A stretch of DNA of 13,011 nucleotides from a bacterium (GTDB lineage Bacteria > SAR324 > NAC60-12), in the NCBI GenBank assembly GCA_965233585.1, contig CBDDTI010000613.1, forward strand, positions 1 through 13,011, written 5' to 3'. Positions within the stretch are counted from its first letter, which is position 1. Every line of letters begins with the position of its first letter. A program made the position numbers and the translations under genes. The notes below the pieces were generated by a model. That model was not told the DNA's origin. It made no database searches and saw only the letters and a program-made list of their open reading frames with translations. Of the stretch, positions 9,729 to 13,011 are shown in pieces.

Positions 9729-10353
9729 ATTAAGGTCTGCCGACAAAGTCGGAAGACCTTTCTGTTGTTGTATTGTCTTTTCTTTATTTTTATTATTATT
9801 ATTTTTTTATTTCTTTCCCACTACCTGCGTTCTGCTGTTTCTCTGCCATTTTACATCGGATCTTTCTCATATTTGGCCAGTTGATAGATAATAACTTATA
9901 GAACAGCTGTATACATTTATGGGTGCGAAGTTCAAAGGTCAAGGTCACAAGGTGACATTCGATGAAAATGCACAGTCAGCAATTTCTGTTATATGTCATC
10001 CGAACTTTTTCCTGTTATTTTTCAACGAATTTCTTCGAAACTTGGCTGGTATATAGGCAGTACCTCGCGCATTTACCCTGTGAATTTTCAGTTCCGTACG
10101 CTAGAGGTCAAGGTCACAGTGAGACAAAACAGAAAATTGGAGTCAGTGCTGAATCTGCAAATGGCACGATATACTTTAAATACTAGCTCAATACACCCTA
10201 CATACTTTCTTCCAACGCGGCAAAAAGCCAAGACATCGTTAATCCATGTCCCAGGACCTTTCGACCAAGAACTCGGTTGATGAACCTTCCAAGGTCACAA
10301 TTTAGTTTGAAGGCAGACCTCCCTGTAGGGTTTCCCTACAGGCTCAATTCTAG
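9729..10353 (+). mobile_element. HINE-like element copy
   Basis: Same modules as 641-1265. Confidence 0.75.
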
Positions 10354-10551
10354 GAAATAAAGCACTCACACACACTCAAACGTAGAATCCCATCACTTTG
10401 CGGAAGTTTAAAAAAAAAAAGAAAAAAAAGAAATTTCGAGCTGGGTTCGAACCCACCCCTATCTCCCCATCCACGCTTCCACACGTTTAAGTCTTGTATT
10501 TTTGCTTTAAAATTTGTATTTGTGATTTGAATATCACTCCATTGCCCTTTC

Positions 10552-11176
10552 ATTAAGGTCTGCCGACAAAGTCGGAAGACCTTTCTGTTGTTGTATTGTC
10601 TTTTCTTTATTTTTATTATTATTATTTTTTTATTTCTTTCCCACTACCTGCGTTCTGCTGTTTCTCTGCCATTTTACATCGGATCTTTCTCATATTTGGC
10701 CAGTTGATAGATAATAACTTATAGAACAGCTGTATACATTTATGGGTGCGAAGTTCAAAGGTCAAGGTCACAAGGTGACATTCGATGAAAATGCACAGTC
10801 AGCAATTTCTGTTATATGTCATCCGAACTTTTTCCTGTTATTTTTCAACGAATTTCTTCGAAACTTGGCTGGTATATAGGCAGTACCTCGCGCATTTACC
10901 CTGTGAATTTTCAGTTCCGTACGCTAGAGGTCAAGGTCACAGTGAGACAAAACAGAAAATTGGAGTCAGTGCTGAATCTGCAAATGGCACGATATACTTT
11001 AAATACTAGCTCAATACACCCTACATACTTTCTTCCAACGCGGCAAAAAGCCAAGACATCGTTAATCCATGTCCCAGGACCTTTCGACCAAGAACTCGGT
11101 TGATGAACCTTCCAAGGTCACAATTTAGTTTGAAGGCAGACCTCCCTGTAGGGTTTCCCTACAGGCTCAATTCTAG
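10552..11176 (+). mobile_element. HINE-like element copy
   Basis: Same modules as 641-1265. Confidence 0.75.
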
Positions 11177-11374
11177 GAAATAAAGCACTCACACACACTC
11201 AAACGTAGAATCCCATCACTTTGCGGAAGTTTAAAAAAAAAAAAAAAAAAAAGAAATTTCGAGCTGGGTTCGAACCCACCCCTATCTCCCCATCCACGCT
11301 TCCACACGTTTAAGTCTTGTATTTTTGCTTTAAAATTGGTATTTGTGATTTGAATATCACTCCATTGCCCTTTC

Positions 11375-11999
11375 ATTAAGGTCTGCCGACAAAGTCGGAA
11401 GACCTTTCTGTTGTTGTATTGTCTTTTCTTTATTTTTATTATTATTATTTTTTTATTTCTTTCCCACTACCTGCGTTCTGCTGTTTCTCTGCCATTTTAC
11501 ATCGGATCTTTCTCATATTTGGCCAGTTGATAGATAATAACTTATAGAACAGCTGTATACATTTATGGGTGCGAAGTTCAAAGGTCAAGGTCACAAGGTG
11601 ACATTCGATGAAAATGCACAGTCAGCAATTTCTGTTATATGTCATCCGAACTTTTTCCTGTTATTTTTCAACGAATTTCTTCGAAACTTGGCTGGTATAT
11701 AGGCAGTACCTCGCGCATTTACCCTGTGAATTTTCAGTTCCGTACGCTAGAGGTCAAGGTCACAGTGAGACAAAACAGAAAATTGGAGTCAGTGCTGAAT
11801 CTGCAAATGGCACGATATACTTTAAATACTAGCTCAATACACCCTACATACTTTCTTCCAACGCGGCAAAAAGCCAAGACATCGTTAATCCATGTCCCAG
11901 GACCTTTCGACCAAGAACTCGGTTGATGAACCTTCCAAGGTCACAATTTAGTTTGAAGGCAGACCTCCCTGTAGGGTTTCCCTACAGGCTCAATTCTAG
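11375..11999 (+). mobile_element. HINE-like element copy
   Basis: Same modules as 641-1265; CTAG at 11996-11999. Confidence 0.75.
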
Positions 12000-12197
12000 G
12001 AAATAAAGCACTCGCACACGCCCAAACGTTAGAATCCCATCGCTTTGCGGCAGTTTAAAAAAAAAAGAAAAAAAAGAAATTTCGACCTGGGTTCGAACCC
12101 AAGCCAATCTCCCCCCCCACGCTTCCATGTGTTTAAGTCTTGTGTTTTTGCTTTAAAATTGATATTTGTGATTTGAATATCCCGCCATTGCCCTTTC

Positions 12198-12814
12198 ATT
12201 AAGGTCTGCCGACAAAGTCGGAAGACCTTTCTGTTGTTGTATTGTCTTTTCTTTCTTATTTCTTTATTTTTATTATTTTATTTCTTTCCCAGTATCTGCG
12301 TTCTGCGATTTCTCTGCCATTTTTTATCGGATCTTTCTCATATTTGGCTAGTTGATAGATATTAACTTGTAGAACAGCTGTATACATTTATGGATGCGAA
12401 GGTCAAAGGTCAAGGTCACAAGGTGACACTCGATGAAAATGCACAGTCAGCAATTTCTGTTATATTTCATCGGAACTTTTTCCTGTTATTTTTCCACGAA
12501 TTTCTTCGAAACTTGGCTGGTATATAGGCAGTACCTCGCGCAGTCACCCTGTGAATTTTCAGGTCCGTACCCAAATGTCAAGGTCACAGTGAGACGAAAC
12601 AGAAAAGGAGGGTCAGTCCTAGGATCTGCAAATGGCACGATATACTTTAAATAATAGCTCAATACACCCTACATACTTTCTTCCAACGCGACAATAAGCC
12701 AAGACATGTTCAATATATATCCCTGGACGTTTCGACCGAGAATTCGATTGATGAACCTTCCAAGGTCACAATTTAGTTTGAAGGCAGACCTCCCTGTAGG
12801 GTTTCCCTACAGGC
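12198..12814 (+). mobile_element. Diverged HINE-like copy lacking the CTAG terminus
   Basis: Many internal substitutions and indels. 5' hairpin (12201-12229), 3' subTIR (12783-12791) and 3' hairpin (12793-12813) are intact, but the following CAATTCTAG is deleted. Confidence 0.72.
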
Positions 12815-12840
12815 TTTGAATATCACTCCATTGCCCTTTC

Positions 12841-13011
12841 ATTAAGGTCTGCCGACAAAGTCGGAAGACCTTTCTGTTGTTGTATTGTCTTTTCTTTATT
12901 TTTATTATTATTATTTTTTTATTTCTTTCCCACTACCTGCGTTCTGCTGTTTCTCTGCCATTTTACATCGGATCTTTCTCATATTTGGCCAGTTGATAGA
13001 TAATGACTTAT
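12841..13011 (+). mobile_element. HINE-like element, 5' part, cut by window edge
   Basis: ATTAAGGTCTGCCGACAAAGTCGGAAGACCTT and microsatellite of the major type; one private SNP at 13005. Confidence 0.7.

Overview
The whole 13,011-bp window is a head-to-tail tandem array of about 16 copies of a ~824-bp monomer. Monomers starting CATTTATGG begin at 1, 826, 1651, 2474, 3299, 4123, 4947, 5772, 6596, 7420, 8265, 9090, 9914, 10737, 11560 and 12385. Each monomer has two parts. The first is a ~625-bp module with the architecture of a non-autonomous Helentron/Helitron2 (HINE; DINE-1/CvA-Pearl-like): a 5' subterminal inverted repeat folded into a hairpin, a T-rich/(TTA)n tract, three degenerate ~170-180-bp core repeats each carrying CAAGGTCACA, a 3' subTIR, a perfect 9-bp hairpin and a CTAG end. 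The second is a constant ~200-bp spacer with an A-tract and a palindromic Pol III B-box. No credible protein-coding, rRNA, tRNA or CRISPR feature is present, and the listed ORFs look like by-products of the repeat. The array has a readable history: two SNP haplotype blocks, recombinant copies, one 22-bp templated insertion, one ~8%-diverged monomer in phase with the 3' hairpin/CTAG end, and a ~183-bp deletion removing one terminus. An animal (probably invertebrate) host and rolling-circle amplification are inferences, not shown by the sequence.
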